64,000 nt of DNA. It comes from Isurus oxyrinchus (Eukaryota). Numbering within the stretch: position 1 is the first letter of the stretch; each line of letters starts with the position of its first letter. The notes under the pieces were generated by a model, which was given only the letters and a program-made list of their open reading frames with translations, was not told the origin of the DNA and did not search any database. The DNA lies in contig JANJGN010000242.1 in NCBI GenBank assembly GCA_026770705.1, forward strand, positions 558,001-622,000, in the 5' to 3' direction. Shown here one piece after another: positions 61,369 through 64,000 of this stretch. Made by a program: the position numbers and the translations under genes.

Positions 61369-63419
61369 GGTGAGCCCGCTGAGCGAAATGCGTGTCCGAG
61401 GGGGGCAGACAGCGACGGGCAATCTTGCTAATCATGAACAGGTCGATAAATCAAACGGTTCCCCTCCTCGGGTCCCATTCCCATGACTGACAGGCACTCA
61501 CTTACGCCTGTGTTAAGCCAGACACTTAATCTAATGCCTGGGTGTCAAAGTTAACTGGCACGGATGCAAAACGGGTATCCCTTCCCCCACCCCCCAACCC
61601 CCACCCCCCCCCACCCCTCCCCCACCCCCGATAAATTCACTGTATTTACCTTGCCATTCTAGTGTAAGCAGACCCTTTCCTCTCCTGACTATTTGACACC
61701 CCACCCGCAGTTAAATCTTTACTGCTTTGCCTTCTTAGACCTCACAATTTGAAAAAAAAATCATATTTTGTGGCGGCGGTCATCGCTGCTAAGGTCAGCA
61801 TCTAGCTACTCATCTCTAACTGCGCTTGAACTGCCCCGCCATCTCCGAGGGCAGTTAAGAGTCAGCCACATTTCTGCATCCTGGATCACAAGTAAGCCGG
61901 ACATGGGCAAAGACGGTAGATTTTCTTCCCTAACGTGCATTCGGGAACCAGATCAGCTTTTACCGACGATTTTCCAAATGTTCCTTCGCGGGATTTGGTC
62001 TGGGCCCAGCATTTATTGCCCATCCCTAATTGCCCCTTGAGAAGCTGGCTGCCTATCCAGCTGGGCTGCTTTGCCCTCCACAATGTCAACCTTCTTCAGT
62101 GCTGTGGGAGCTAAACTCATCCAGGCAAGTGGAGGGGTATTCCATCACACTCCTGACTTTTATCTTCTAGCTGGTGGGCAGGCATTGGTGGTAGCCGCGG
62201 GGTGAGCTACTCACCACAGAATTCCTAACCTGCGATTGGTTGCGCTACCACCGCACCCCCACCCCGCCAATTATTTGGGACAATTCTACTTCACTCCTGT
62301 ACTTCAGTGAACGGAACCTGAGCTACCTCAAGCCATGGCCTCGCCCAATGCCTTCATCAGATTGTGATGCGCTTCTTCACCCCCTTTTAAACCAGGCCGG
62401 TGCACAAAGTTTCTCGGACCAGGCACAACAAATGCTTTGTCTGTCTGTCATGAACTGGCTGGTTTGATGTTGGGGGCCTTGTTTTCTGACCCACGCCCCC
62501 GCCCACCTTTCACCACCCCGCCCTCTCTCAGGAACTCCCTCCAGCCCTCTAAACCTCTTGGGCACCTGTGTAACTCACACCAAGCCCTGTTCACACGTCA
62601 CCCCTGCTCTCGCCGATTTATTCTTGGTTCTGGGGCCAACAGTTCCTCTATTTTAAAACCCTAACGGCCTGTAATCGGCTATCCCCCCTTCAGGGCGTTT
62701 CCACTCGTCCCATTCCGGCCCCGCTGTCGGCTCCTGGGTCCCATTTTGAACCCCCATTCATTCACGGGATGTGGGCGTCGCTGGCTCGGCTAGCGTCTTT
62801 TGCCCATTCCCAATTGGTACTTGTTCAGGGGGCACTTGACGGTCAACCACATTGCTGTTTTGGAGTGCCACGTAGTCCAGACCAGGTGAGGGCGGCGGAT
62901 TTCCTTCCCTAAAGGACATGAGTGAACCAGGTGGGTTTATTAATGACAATCGGCTATGGTTTCATGGGCCATCATCAGAATTTCCATTCCAGATTTGTTT
63001 TCAATTTCAAACCTCACCGTCTGATTCATACAGCACAGAAACAGGCCCTTCGGCCTGTCATGTCCGTGAGGGCCATCGAGCAACTATACATTCCAATCCT
63101 GATTTCCAGCACTTGTATGCTATGGTGTTTCAAGTTCTCATCTAAAGACTTCTTCAATGTTGTGAGGCTCCCTGCCTCCACCAGCACCCCGTCTGCCATT
63201 GGCGGGCGTGGTCCGCCCCCAGCAATGTGCTTGACTCTGAAACGGCCCAGCAAGCCGCTGGGTTCAAGGGCAATTCGGGATGCGCAATAAATGCAGGCTC
63301 TGCCAGCGATGCCCACATCCTATGAAAGTGGAAAAGAGAGTGGGAGGCAGAGGTACACCTGTCACTAAAACATAACGGTTAAATATGCTCCTTTACACGC
63401 AGGCTCCGCGAGGTCCAGA

Positions 63420-64000
63420 AGACCATAAGGCGTAGGAGCAGAATGAGGCCATTCGGCCCGTCGAGTCTACACCGCCATTGGATAAGATCATGGCTGATCT
63501 GATAATCCTAAACTCCACTTCCTTGCCTTTTCCCCATAACCTTTGATTCCCTTACTGATTAATAATCTGTCTATCTCAGCCTTGAATATACTTAGCGACC
63601 CAGCCTCTAGAGCCCACTGCAGCAAATAATTCCACAGATTCACGACCCTCTGAGAGAATAAATTCCTCCTCATCTCTTTTTTAAATGAGTGACCCTGTAC
63701 TCTGACATTATGCCCTCTAGTCCTAGACTCTCCCACAAGGTGAAACAACCTCTCAGCATCTACCCTGTCAAGCCCTCTAGGGATTTTATGTGTTTCAATA
63801 AGGTCGCCTCTCATTCTTCTAAACTCCAACAGGCCCAAACTACACAACCCCTCCTCATAAGAAAATCCCGACATACCCTGGATCAACCTAGTGAACCTTC
63901 TCTGGACTGCCTCCAATGCCAGTAATCTTTCGCTAAATAAAGGGACCAAAACTGTTCACTGTATTGTAGGTGTGGTCCGACTAGTGCCTTGCATTGTTTT
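63420..64000 (-). mobile_element. CR1-type LINE 3' end
   Basis: Minus ORF LALEAVQRRFTRLIQGMSGFSYEE...MRGDLIETHKI...EMRRNLFSQRVVNLWN...IKGYGEKA. Confidence 0.9.

Noticed and set aside
61370-64000. Untranslated Cd exon 4 and an inverted V downstream of Cd
   Set aside because: A donor after the stop implies exon 4, but I cannot place it; no V exon or RSS seen before the window ends.

Overview
Eukaryotic (vertebrate) germline DNA, almost certainly a cartilaginous fish (shark-type CR1/L2 LINE and SINE repeats, shark-like Ig/TCR sequences). The window is the 3' part of a T-cell receptor delta (TCRd/TRD) locus on the + strand. From 5' to 3' it holds: (1) ~1-24 kb, a tandem array of 4-5 duplicated cassettes, each with two unrelated TCR V families. 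'VA' has a TRDV2/supporting-Vd-like YGxGF motif; 'VB' is Va/d-like with an extra CDR1/CDR2 Cys pair. Most copies are pseudogenes, and all carry 23-bp-spacer RSS. (2) 24-29.4 kb, immunoglobulin heavy-chain-like V genes embedded in the TCR locus: one frameshifted, one fully intact and the most D-proximal V, plus an inverted orphan leader. (3) One visible D segment with 12/23 RSS at 32.16 kb. (4) 18 J or pseudo-J segments plus one possible relic (32.5-52.2 kb), largely arranged as alternating KLIFG/KLTFG pairs, including one unusually long 83-nt YGSG J. (5) Three coding exons of Cd (58.9-61.4 kb). The most notable items are the intact IgM-VH-like V positioned to rearrange in cis to Dd-Jd-Cd, the VA+VB doublet cassette, the long J, a 385-bp inverted repeat in the J cluster and a patchwork gene-conversion tract. 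All family assignments are by eye, without database searches.
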